A DNA stretch of 50,299 bases from Patescibacteria group bacterium (GCA_018823045.1 JAHJIX010000017.1:1-50299), one strand, 5' to 3'; counted from the stretch's first letter, positions 27,394 to 36,856 are shown. Notes: a model not told the origin generated them from the sequence alone. A program made the numbers and translations.

Positions 27394-28188
27394 TTACTCT
27401 GGAAGGTTATCCCAAAAAAAATCAAATACCATCTTTATCATACCATATAAAATTTTATCTTCAATGATAATTCCATTTGGATTCTCAGGATGTGCGTTGA
27501 TAATAGATACTTTATTTTCACCATAAATACCTAATTCACAATCATATGGAAATTGATCTTTTGAAATCATTTTTTTCTCAATACGATATGTTATATTTAT
27601 TTTCTTATATAAATCTTGCCAAAAGACAGATTCTTCTTCGGTTTCTGCCAAAATAACACGAGTTTTAATTGGTCGTTCATCTGCTTTTTTAAAATATCTT
27701 TCTAACACTCCATCTCTCAATTGCATTTGCAATGCTGTAATATTCCCCCACCCCATAATTTCATATTCTCCTGCTTGACTTACTTGATCATCTAAAATTT
27801 TTTCAATATTTTTCAAACCCTCAAAATATCTAATTTTTGGCTTATGAGGCAAAGAATTATATAATTCTTCTATATCAGGAAATACTTGTTTTGCTTGCTT
27901 AACTTGCCCTTTAGCAAGTTCTTCTTTCATTTCTGTAAAACGCAACAAACTTTCTGGTGGTTCAATTTGATAAAATTGTTTCTTTTCTTTTTCAATCTCA
28001 ACAATCAATCCTTGGACACTTAATTCTGTCAATATACGGTAAACAGTACTTCTACTAATATGTATTTCTTTTGCAATAGTACTTGGATAATCACCACCAG
28101 CTTCAAGCAAATAAAGATAAATTTTAGCCGCTTTATCACTTAAACCCAATTGTTCTACTTTTTTTTGTAATTGAATATCTATATTCAT
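27394..28188 (-). CDS. TrmB family transcriptional regulator (copy 1)
   Basis: N-terminal HTH (SRSTVYRILTELSVQGL), PHKPKIRYFEG linker, C-terminal ligand domain. Confidence 0.85.
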   Translation of the reverse strand: MNIDIQLQKKVEQLGLSDKAAKIYLYLLEAGGDYPSTIAKEIHISRSTVYRILTELSVQGLIVEIEKEKKQFYQIEPPESLLRFTEMKEELAKGQVKQAKQVFPDIEELYNSLPHKPKIRYFEGLKNIEKILDDQVSQAGEYEIMGWGNITALQMQLRDGVLERYFKKADERPIKTRVILAETEEESVFWQDLYKKINITYRIEKKMISKDQFPYDCELGIYGENKVSIINAHPENPNGIIIEDKILYGMIKMVFDFFWDNLPE

Positions 28189-28202
28189 ATTATTCCTTGT
28201 AA

Positions 28203-29000
28203 TTATTCCTTGTAATTATCCCAGCTAAAATTAAAAATCATTTTCATCATTTGATGAAATATCTTATCTTCAATAATAAATGCAACTGCTGTCTCTTTAT
28301 GATCTGTAACAATACATACTCTATCTGTCCCATAGATTAAAATTTGGCTCTCATATGGGAAAGAATCTTTTTTAAAATATTTCTGTTGTTGCAACTCAAA
28401 TAATTGTGGATATTTTGTTTTTCTTTGTTGTAAACGACTATATTTTTCTGATTCTTGATGAAAAGCACGAGAAGAAAGCCCTTTATCTAAATATGCTTGA
28501 TAATATGTATCTAATGCATCTTCAGGCAAAGATAATTGAAATTCTGAAATATTACTCCAACCACAAATTTCATAACTACCTTCCTGAGTATATATATCAT
28601 TATATGCAAAATGAACAATTTGGTCGGCCCCTTCAAAAAAACGCATAGTTGGTTTATGAGGTAAAGCTTCAAATAGTGCATTAATATCAGGGAAAATTTG
28701 CTCGGCTTCTTTTTTCCTTTTTTGAGCCAAATGTATTTGCATATCAGTATATGCCAACAAATTAACAGGTGGCTCTAACTGATAAAATAATTTATTTTTT
28801 TTCTTTACTTCAACAGCCAACCCTTTTACATGTAAATCTGTTAAAATTCTATACACTGTCGTTCTATTAATTTTTGTTTCTTTTGCAATAGCACTTGGGT
28901 ACGCTCCCCCACTTTGTAATAAAAAAATATATATTTGAGCGGACATGTCACTTAAGCCCAGCTTTTGAATTTTTTTTTGTAAACTTTTATCTGTTGTCAT
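28203..29000 (-). CDS. TrmB family transcriptional regulator (copy 2)
   Basis: NRTTVYRILTDL, PHKPTMRFFEG. Confidence 0.85.
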   Translation of the reverse strand: MTTDKSLQKKIQKLGLSDMSAQIYIFLLQSGGAYPSAIAKETKINRTTVYRILTDLHVKGLAVEVKKKNKLFYQLEPPVNLLAYTDMQIHLAQKRKKEAEQIFPDINALFEALPHKPTMRFFEGADQIVHFAYNDIYTQEGSYEICGWSNISEFQLSLPEDALDTYYQAYLDKGLSSRAFHQESEKYSRLQQRKTKYPQLFELQQQKYFKKDSFPYESQILIYGTDRVCIVTDHKETAVAFIIEDKIFHQMMKMIFNFSWDNYKE

Positions 29001-29001
29001 A

Positions 29002-29799
29002 TTATTCTTTATAACTTGCCCAGCTAAAGTTAAAAATCATCTTCATCATATTATGAAATATTTGATCTTCAACAATAAATGCAACAGGTACTTCTTTATG
29101 CGCATTAATGACAGCCACTCTATTACTTCCATATATCGAAATTTGACTTTGATATGGAAAATCCTTGGCCTCAAAATATTTTGTTTGTGGTACATTTTTT
29201 TCTTTTAATGGAGAATATAATGTTTTTTTAAATGGAGTATTTCCTTCTCCTCGCGGATAAAAAGCACGTAAAGTCAAATCTTTTTTATCTAAAATTTTAA
29301 TATACTTATTTAAAACTTTTACACCTCCTAATTTCAATTGCAAATCATTAATATTACTCCACCCAACAATCTCATAACTACCAGGTTGAGAGTATACGTC
29401 ATCATACACTTTTGTAATATTTTCTAATCCTTCAAAAAATCTGATCTTTGGTTTATGAGGAAGTGATTGAAATAATGCTTCAATATCTGGAAATAATTGC
29501 TCTGCTTTCCCTTTCTTCTCTTTTGCAAGAGTAATTTGCATGTCAGTATAACGAAGTAAACTTTTTGGTGGCTCTAGTTGATAAAATAATTTATTCTTTT
29601 TTTCTATCTCAACGACTAAACCTTTAATGGTTAATCTTGTTAATACACGATAAACTTTACTTCTATTTAATCCTGTTTCTTTTGCTATACGACTGGGGTA
29701 TCCACCACCATTTTCTAATAAATACACATAAATGACAGCCTCGCTTTCTTCTAAACCAAGCTCTGTTATCTTTTTTTGTAATTGCTTATCTGTTGGCAT
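29002..29799 (-). CDS. TrmB family transcriptional regulator (copy 3)
   Basis: NRSKVYRVLTRL, PHKPKIRFFEG. Confidence 0.85.
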   Translation of the reverse strand: MPTDKQLQKKITELGLEESEAVIYVYLLENGGGYPSRIAKETGLNRSKVYRVLTRLTIKGLVVEIEKKNKLFYQLEPPKSLLRYTDMQITLAKEKKGKAEQLFPDIEALFQSLPHKPKIRFFEGLENITKVYDDVYSQPGSYEIVGWSNINDLQLKLGGVKVLNKYIKILDKKDLTLRAFYPRGEGNTPFKKTLYSPLKEKNVPQTKYFEAKDFPYQSQISIYGSNRVAVINAHKEVPVAFIVEDQIFHNMMKMIFNFSWASYKE

Positions 29800-29808
29800 A
29801 AATTATAA

Positions 29809-30594
29809 TTATGAAATAGAATTCCACGATAAATCAAATAACAATTTAATCATCTGATATAGTACTTTATCTTCAATAATAATACCCATAGCAGTATGTT
29901 CATGGGCATTCATAAGAGAAACCCGATCTTCCCCGTATAATAAAATTTGACTTGTATATGGAAACTGTTCTTTTGATAAATATTTTGCTTGTTTTGGAAA
30001 ATCGGTTTTTGTTTTTTCTCTATATAATTGTGTTACTCCTTCTTCACGATTTTCATCTGAATAAATACCTCGTATACTCAAACCTTTTGTATAAATTTCT
30101 TCTAAATGCTCTTCCAATTTCTTAGAAGAAATATCTTTTTCTAAATCAACGATATTCCCTAATACCAAAATTTCATATGAACCCTCTTGATAAAAAACGT
30201 CATCAAAAATAGATATAAGATTATCGAACCCTTCAAAAAATCTCACAGTGGGTTTGTGTGGGAGTGATTTATATATGGCTTCAATATCATCAAAGATATT
30301 TATTGCTTTTTGATCACGTTCTTCAGCTAATCGCACTTGTGTTTTTGTATAGTTAAGTAATGATCTTGGGGGAGATACTTTATAATACAATTTATTTTTT
30401 CTTTTTGTTTCAATAATAAGCCCTTTAATGCTTAAATCTGTAAGCAACCGATAAACACTTGTTCTATTCATATTTAATTTACTCGCAATAGTACTTGGCG
30501 CAGCACCACCCTGCTCTAATAGATATGCATAAACAGAACTTAAGTTATCACTTAAGCCTAATTGTTTTATATGTGTATAAATATGTCTATTCAT
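29809..30594 (-). CDS. TrmB family transcriptional regulator (copy 4)
   Basis: NRTSVYRLLTDL, PHKPTVRFFEG. Confidence 0.85.
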   Translation of the reverse strand: MNRHIYTHIKQLGLSDNLSSVYAYLLEQGGAAPSTIASKLNMNRTSVYRLLTDLSIKGLIIETKRKNKLYYKVSPPRSLLNYTKTQVRLAEERDQKAINIFDDIEAIYKSLPHKPTVRFFEGFDNLISIFDDVFYQEGSYEILVLGNIVDLEKDISSKKLEEHLEEIYTKGLSIRGIYSDENREEGVTQLYREKTKTDFPKQAKYLSKEQFPYTSQILLYGEDRVSLMNAHEHTAMGIIIEDKVLYQMIKLLFDLSWNSIS

Positions 30595-30637
30595 ATAAAT
30601 GTATTTTCGCTATAAAATAACCATACCAAACAAATGA

Positions 30638-30676
30638 TTTTTTGTCCAATCTAACGAACAAAAAAGTTGTCCACAG
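30638..30676 (+). promoter_or_regulatory. operator-like semi-palindrome, copy 1
   Basis: TTTTTTGTCCAATCTAACGAACAAAAAAGTTGTCCACAG; 35/39 identical to 33832-33870. Confidence 0.6.
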
Positions 30677-30802
30677 GTATTTTTGTTTTACTTTAGGTAA
30701 ATTTGCACAACTAAAAATCCTTAAAAACATAAAGCCCATGTTTTTTTGATTATACTCAATTTATTGATCATTACAACTCAAAAAAATTATTAATTAAACA
30801 AC

Positions 30803-31426
30803 ATGACATCAATATTCCAAAAGAAATATATAATTATTATTTCTTTTATTGGAACTATCTTACTCATTTCAATCTGGCATATGTTTTTTATAAATAAACA
30901 AACACATACCATTGAACCGATTGGAATTATCGAAGAAGTCCCAGGACTTGAACTATTTACAGCAAGCCCACAAGAAGGACTTCGTGGACGATATACAGAA
31001 CATAATCAAAGCGTATACTTTGAAGCAATTCGAAGTGGCATTAGACACCCAAAAATTATTCAAGAAGCATTTTTGACTCATGAGTATAATGTTGAATATC
31101 GATTTTATACTCAAGATGGCCAAGAATTTTTTGGACCAAATATTGGTACAGCATCTCCAAATATAGAATGGATCGCATGGGCTGGTTGGTCTGATCTAAA
31201 CAAAGATGGCGTTTCAGATAACTTATCTCATCTATCTCTCAAATATTATGAAAATGAAGAAGTGTATCTTGATACCTTACACACAAATTATATGCTTGCA
31301 TATAAAGCCACACAAGCACTTCAACAAGTTCCACTTGTATCAGAAGAACTTGCATTAGAAATTAATCTCCTTCAAAGCGCACCTAAACAGATACAAGAAG
31401 AATATCGATTGTTAGAACAAAAATAG
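30803..31426 (+). CDS. hypothetical exported/membrane-anchored protein
   Basis: N-terminal TM; motifs resembling the 32692 product. Confidence 0.7.
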   Translation: MTSIFQKKYIIIISFIGTILLISIWHMFFINKQTHTIEPIGIIEEVPGLELFTASPQEGLRGRYTEHNQSVYFEAIRSGIRHPKIIQEAFLTHEYNVEYRFYTQDGQEFFGPNIGTASPNIEWIAWAGWSDLNKDGVSDNLSHLSLKYYENEEVYLDTLHTNYMLAYKATQALQQVPLVSEELALEINLLQSAPKQIQEEYRLLEQK

Positions 31427-31427
31427 T

Positions 31428-31478
31428 TGTTGCAGGTAAGAAGTGCTGAAAAATTTCAGCTCTTCCCTCTGCAATAAC
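31428..31478 (+). repeat. 51-bp structured leader repeat, copy 1
   Basis: 48/51 identical to 32613-32663; internal hairpin GAAG(T/A)GCTGA-AAAATT-T(C/T)AGCTCTTC. Confidence 0.85.
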
Positions 31479-31505
31479 TGTAGAGCGTAATCCTATTAGG
31501 AGGAT

Positions 31506-32558
31506 GTGATGAAACACACCTGCATCTTGTTCCTCAGCATGATGGCCATGTTGGCCTTCGGCTGTGGGGAAGACCTCACACAAGCTTTGGTGGATACCCC
31601 CACCCAAGAATCCCCCACGGAAGAATTTGAGCAAGAGTCATTCTCTGTCATCAAATTCCAAGAAGGAACAACATCATCTGAGGCCTTACGTCTGTTTCAG
31701 ACCAACAACAACCCCGACTTAGAAGTAACTGTTGTCCTTCCTAGCTACACATCTCATCGATATGTACGAAAGGACTCCCCAGAGAATCAACAGGCGTCTA
31801 TCCTGAATCAAGAAATTGAATTCATCAAATTCATATCAAATCAATTTGATACCGAAGATGAACTTGAGTCCGTTGTCTACAATGAACTCATGGAGACGCT
31901 TTTAGAAATTGAGCAAAACAGCCATGTCACCGTGCAATCAATCAAGATTAAAACGGCTGATTTTCAAAAGTTTGACATAATTCCATCTCTGATTCAAGAT
32001 ATTCAGATCCATGACTCCATACAAAATATTGGAGACACACTGAATACCCGTAGAGATGCAATCACCGACTTTACTGATGACAGGGCTTATGTACCAGATG
32101 GTGGCTCATCCACAATTTGGACAAGTGGTAGCCTCCAAAAATTTTGGTTTACATCATCTCAATTATCGCATTACTCTAGTTGGCGTAGAGGATTAGAGAT
32201 TGATACATTGATCATCCCTCGCAGTCGGGCTGGATGTGGGAATAATACGAGCACGAATATGCCTGTTTCCTATAAAGACACAGAAGCCTTTGACGATGGG
32301 AATGCTCGTATATGTACTGTTGGAACGAGTAGTGCCAATAGACTTCGGCCAAATAGGCTTTACTGGACCTGGCATTCCTTCTCTAGTTTCGAACAAGGCC
32401 TTAACCCAACAATTCAAGTTCTTTTCCAGCCCACAAAGAGAATGTGGATTGGTCAAGCTTGGGCTATGTTTAGTGATTCCCATATGCCTATTCAATGGTT
32501 GCTCCAATATAATTATAACGAAGCACCTGGACGCGAAGTATCTTGGAATCATAACTAA
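31506..32558 (+). CDS. putative lipoprotein
   Basis: AGGAGG SD; lipobox LAFGC followed by GED. Confidence 0.8.
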   Translation: MMKHTCILFLSMMAMLAFGCGEDLTQALVDTPTQESPTEEFEQESFSVIKFQEGTTSSEALRLFQTNNNPDLEVTVVLPSYTSHRYVRKDSPENQQASILNQEIEFIKFISNQFDTEDELESVVYNELMETLLEIEQNSHVTVQSIKIKTADFQKFDIIPSLIQDIQIHDSIQNIGDTLNTRRDAITDFTDDRAYVPDGGSSTIWTSGSLQKFWFTSSQLSHYSSWRRGLEIDTLIIPRSRAGCGNNTSTNMPVSYKDTEAFDDGNARICTVGTSSANRLRPNRLYWTWHSFSSFEQGLNPTIQVLFQPTKRMWIGQAWAMFSDSHMPIQWLLQYNYNEAPGREVSWNHN

Positions 32559-32612
32559 AGATAACTTCATCACAATAACCAATTCAACTCGGTAACCGAT
32601 AATAGGTTCCGA

Positions 32613-32663
32613 TGTTGCTGGTAAGAAGAGCTGAAAAATTTTAGCTCTTCCCTCTGCAATAAC
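32613..32663 (+). repeat. 51-bp structured leader repeat, copy 2
   Basis: Matches 31428-31478. Confidence 0.85.
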
Positions 32664-32691
32664 GCAGACACTCACCCTACTAGGGGGAAAT

Positions 32692-33720
32692 GTGAAAAAA
32701 CTGCTCTACCTCTTTAGCTTGATGGGCATACTATCCATCGGCTGCGGAGAAGAATATCTCATCCTTGATGGGATACAAGAAGAAGTCCAACAGGGCTTTG
32801 AGAACAACAACCGCTCCAACATGGAGCCACAAGATAATCCAGAGTCCAGCTACGCGCTCGACTTTGATATCAACAACGACGATAAGGTACGCGTTTACTT
32901 GACGGATAAGATGGATGGTCATGGTATCATCCTCGAAATCCTCCGCGGCCCCGATCGCCCCCTCCTCCAAGATGATGATGGAAAAGACATCATTGATCCC
33001 GAGCTCCCAGCTCAAGAGATCGATGCCCGATTCATTTCGATGTACGGCCAGACCTTCATGAGTAGTTATGGAGGACACGGTCCGGTTAACCCAAACTGGG
33101 GTGATCGAGATGATATACATACTGATATTGATGAACGTGCACGAGACTTTGAAATGGCGGTCATGATGATCGATATACTCGCAAACGAGAAGGTCAATCT
33201 TGAACTTTTTGATGAAGCAAATAACTTAATTTACAACTTCAAAAAGACCTCTAAGATCATCCATCCATCTGAACATACAAATATTCAAACGAAGAGCCTA
33301 CGGATATATCAACACCACTTCTTGATACATTATTCAGAGATTCGTTTGAACTTTCATCATTCCGCAACAGCAGACCATATTTACTATGCTAATCGTCCAT
33401 ATAACTATCACTACACAAAGAATCATGGTAGAGGCCCTTTTGAATCAGGAATGCGTCGTCGATGCTTACGAACATTTAACTTTTACATAGGCCATGCCCC
33501 ATTCTCCAGTTCTTGTGCTGATAGTAGAGACGATGGATTAGCCTGTTGTAATACTGGATATGGAAAGAGCTCTGGACATCATGTATGTAATGATGACACC
33601 CTCCTCCAAAAAGAAATAATGATACTAGAAGATCAATTAAGATATTATGATCATCATAATCAGACTTCTAGTACATGTCGAGACTGGTGGCCACGAGCCT
33701 ACGCCCCCTCCTGCAACTAA
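32692..33720 (+). CDS. putative lipoprotein with Cys/His-rich C-terminal domain
   Basis: AGGGGG SD, GTG start, lipobox LSIGC followed by GEE; seven Cys in the C-terminal ~75 aa. Confidence 0.8.
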   Translation: MKKLLYLFSLMGILSIGCGEEYLILDGIQEEVQQGFENNNRSNMEPQDNPESSYALDFDINNDDKVRVYLTDKMDGHGIILEILRGPDRPLLQDDDGKDIIDPELPAQEIDARFISMYGQTFMSSYGGHGPVNPNWGDRDDIHTDIDERARDFEMAVMMIDILANEKVNLELFDEANNLIYNFKKTSKIIHPSEHTNIQTKSLRIYQHHFLIHYSEIRLNFHHSATADHIYYANRPYNYHYTKNHGRGPFESGMRRRCLRTFNFYIGHAPFSSSCADSRDDGLACCNTGYGKSSGHHVCNDDTLLQKEIMILEDQLRYYDHHNQTSSTCRDWWPRAYAPSCN

Positions 33721-33783
33721 AAAGAAACACTTCATCACACCCCACCTAATTAACATGACTCAATGAGTTGTGTCCCACCCTTA

Positions 33784-33813
33784 ACCCTGTGCCTAGGCAT
33801 AGGGTCCTTTTTT
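33784..33813 (+). terminator. intrinsic terminator of the lipoprotein unit
   Basis: ACCCTGTGCC-TA-GGCATAGGGT followed by CCTTTTTT. Confidence 0.75.
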
Positions 33814-33831
33814 ATCTAAAATATTAATATA

Positions 33832-33870
33832 TTTTTTGTCCAATTTGACGAACAAAATAGTTTTCCACAG
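33832..33870 (+). promoter_or_regulatory. operator-like semi-palindrome, copy 2
   Basis: TTTTTTGTCCAATTTGACGAACAAAATAGTTTTCCACAG. Confidence 0.6.
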
Positions 33871-34170
33871 ATTTTTAACGCTAATTACAAGCAAAAATAC
33901 AGTATTTCAATTTTCATGTTTCACACAAAAATAAAGTACTTGCTATATTTAATTTAGATTGCTCATTACAATTTAAACGAAAGGAAGAACAGAAAACTGC
34001 CACTTTCTTTACATAATGTACATTATAACGTACATAGTTAATTTCATGTTGTGAACAACACAACAAAACAACAGTATACTCATATACTGTAAAACACATA
34101 ATAGTTTAAACATGAGGTGAAGTAATAGGCACTTCATGTTTAGATTGAATAACAAAAAAGGAAATACATC

Positions 34171-34480
34171 GTGAGAAAACTCTTCTCTATCCTGGGCATG
34201 TTTTTCATGCTGCTGGGATTAGCCCCAACACCAGTCGAGGCACAACAAACCGCCACCAACTTCATCTACCCGGTGAAAGCAACGGATGTCAACAACATCC
34301 TCGACAACATCAACGATCCTGCCGATGGGCATGGTTGGGTGATCTATACGAGCTTGGGTAGCTACTACAACAACGGCAGCGATTGCCTGACTGGCTACCA
34401 CGACGCTGATGACTACAACCGCACAGGCGCTGCCAACAACGATCTGAATGCTCCGGTATATGCGGTTGCTAACGGTACTG
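34171..34480 (+). pseudogene. truncated secreted M23 family peptidase
   Basis: Signal peptide, FIYPV, GYHDADDYN (HxxxD), APVYAVANG; the frame then runs into antisense TrmB sequence and lacks the HxH motif. Confidence 0.75.
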
Positions 34481-34699
34481 ATAAAATAATTTATTCTTTT
34501 TTTCTACTTCAACAACCAAGCCTTGTGCAACTAACTCATCAAGTATACGGTACACACTACCACGAGTAATTTTAGTTTCTTTAGAAATTCTACTTGGAAA
34601 AGTTTTATTTTGTTCTAATAAAAACAAATAAATACCCGTTGCCTTTTCTCCTAAACCCAATTTTGTTATTTTTTCTATTACTTTTGAATCAATAGCCAT
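34469..34699 (-). pseudogene. truncated TrmB family regulator (copy 5, HTH only)
   Basis: Matches copies 1-4 up to KKNKLFYQ, then stops after two codons. Confidence 0.85.
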
Positions 34700-34708
34700 A
34701 TAATTATT

Positions 34709-36856
34709 TTACTCAACAAAAACTCCTTTTGCCCGCAATTCTTTTTTATATTCAGCAAGCACTAAGCGAATATTTTCGTATGATACTTTTTCTTTTAATA
34801 CCGTAAAAATGGGCTTTACTCCTTTTTCAACTCCTTTTTTTTCTATTGCTGCCCTAATATCTTTTTTCACCCCTTTGGTCATAAATTTCATGATATCAAT
34901 ATCATAGCCTTCTTCAATCAAGCGCGCAAGGTGACTATACACAGTCGTCTCTTTTAGTCCTCGCTCTCGTGCAATTGCTGCCACTGGCATTCCCTCTTTA
35001 TATTGTGTATATGTCAATTGATATGTACCCCCTTTAATCACACTTTTATCTTGCCCCAATCGTTCTTTTATAAATGTCGTGATAATGGCTAAAAATTGAT
35101 CCCCATACTTTTTTAACTTCATCTCCCCCACTCCTGAAATTTGTCGGAATTGTATCTTATTCATTGGTTTTTCTCTTGCCATCTCATCAAGGGTTGCATC
35201 AGAAAATACGACATATGGCGGAATATTGTCTCTTTGCGCAATTTTTGTTCTGGCATCTCGAAATAATTCAAACAATGCTTCATCTGTTTCTTGTCGCTTT
35301 GTCTTTTTCTTTTCTTTTGCTTCTGCTTTTAATCGTTTTTCAAATGAAGACAAATGCACTAAATTTACTTTCTTTTTGCCTGTAAGCACTTTTTTTCCTT
35401 GTTCTGTGATTTTTAATGCCTGATACTGTTCGTACGCAACAAAAAATAATCCCAAATTTAACATCTGCAAAAAATATTGTCGCCATTCTTCTGAACTCAA
35501 ATCTGCTCCAATACCATGAGTAGACAATTGATCATAACCACGAGAAATAATATCGTGTCGGCGTGAACCACGCAACACATCAATAACTAAAGACACCGGT
35601 GCTTTTTGCTCAGTACGCACAATCGCTGATAAGGCTTTTTGTACAATCTCTGTGCCATCAAATACTTCTGGCGGATTAGTACATACATCACAATTACCAC
35701 AATCTTTATCTAAATATTCATGAAAATAATGCAAAAGCATTTTACGCCGACAAGTGAGCGCATCAGCAAATTGCTGCATACGCTCTAATTTTGCCAATTG
35801 CAAATCTTTTTGCCCACTCCCTTCTAATATTTTTCGAAGAGTCACGACATCTTGAAAGGTATAAAAAAGAATAGTATCACTTGGCAGTCCATCACGACCG
35901 GCACGCCCAATTTCTTGATAATACCCCTCAATATTTTTTGGGAGATTATAATGCATGACATAGCGCACGTTTGATTTGTCAATACCCATACCAAAAGCAA
36001 TGGTTGCGCAAATTACAGAAGTCTTTCCGTGAATAAACTCTTGCTGAACACGACTTCTCTCTTCTGCTGACATTCCTGCATGATATGCCCATGCATTTAC
36101 TCCATTCATGCGTAATCTCTGAGCAATTTTTTCTGTATCTTTTCTTCTCAGACAATAGATAATGCCCGCTTCATTTGGTTTTTTACTAATATACCCTAAT
36201 ATTTTTTGAAAACGCTCTTTGCCTGGAAGCACAGTTAAATGCAAATTTGGCCGATCAAAAGAAGACACAAATGTTTTTGGATCATCAATTTGTAATTGTG
36301 CCACAATATCTTTACGAGTAATTCTGTCAGCAGTCGCTGTCAAGGCAATAATTGGTACCTCAGGGAACTTCTTTCGCAATAGATGTAATCTCGTGTACTC
36401 CGGACGAAAATCATGCCCCCAGCCCGAAATACAATGGGCTTCATCAATTGCAAAAAAAGAAACATCAATTGAATCTAAAAAATAAAGAAAATCAGAAGAG
36501 ACGACTTTTTCTGGTGAAACATATAATAAACGAATCTTCCCTTGCCTTACTGCATCTTTTACCGAATCTTGATCATCATAAGACATACTACTATTCATGT
36601 ATGCCGCATCAATTCCATTTTCTACCAAACTCGTCACTTGATCTTCCATGAGTGAAATTAATGGAGATACCACAATACACACACCTTTTTTTACCAACGC
36701 AGGAATCTGGTAACACAAAGACTTCCCCCCACCAGTTGGCATGAGTACAAAAGCATCTTTTCCTTTTAACACAGATAAAATAATTTCCTCCTGCATCGGA
36801 CGAAATTGATCATAACCAAAATATTGCTTTAATATGTCTTTAATCTTCTTTTTCAT
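34709..36856 (-). CDS. recQ: ATP-dependent DNA helicase RecQ
   Basis: MPTGGGKS, DEAHC, WGHDFRPEY, QEIGRAGRDG, Zn-binding CRR...CGNCDVC, RQC and HRDC domains. Confidence 0.97.
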   Translation of the reverse strand: MKKKIKDILKQYFGYDQFRPMQEEIILSVLKGKDAFVLMPTGGGKSLCYQIPALVKKGVCIVVSPLISLMEDQVTSLVENGIDAAYMNSSMSYDDQDSVKDAVRQGKIRLLYVSPEKVVSSDFLYFLDSIDVSFFAIDEAHCISGWGHDFRPEYTRLHLLRKKFPEVPIIALTATADRITRKDIVAQLQIDDPKTFVSSFDRPNLHLTVLPGKERFQKILGYISKKPNEAGIIYCLRRKDTEKIAQRLRMNGVNAWAYHAGMSAEERSRVQQEFIHGKTSVICATIAFGMGIDKSNVRYVMHYNLPKNIEGYYQEIGRAGRDGLPSDTILFYTFQDVVTLRKILEGSGQKDLQLAKLERMQQFADALTCRRKMLLHYFHEYLDKDCGNCDVCTNPPEVFDGTEIVQKALSAIVRTEQKAPVSLVIDVLRGSRRHDIISRGYDQLSTHGIGADLSSEEWRQYFLQMLNLGLFFVAYEQYQALKITEQGKKVLTGKKKVNLVHLSSFEKRLKAEAKEKKKTKRQETDEALFELFRDARTKIAQRDNIPPYVVFSDATLDEMAREKPMNKIQFRQISGVGEMKLKKYGDQFLAIITTFIKERLGQDKSVIKGGTYQLTYTQYKEGMPVAAIARERGLKETTVYSHLARLIEEGYDIDIMKFMTKGVKKDIRAAIEKKGVEKGVKPIFTVLKEKVSYENIRLVLAEYKKELRAKGVFVE

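Noticed and set aside
31428-32663. Integron attC interpretation of the 51-bp repeat
   Set aside because: It runs GTT...AAC rather than RYYYAAC...GTTRRRY, does not fit the core consensus, and no intI is in the window.
34060-34143. Two hairpins upstream of the M23 remnant
   Set aside because: AT-rich stems with no second copy or recognisable motif; cannot be distinguished from ordinary leader structure.
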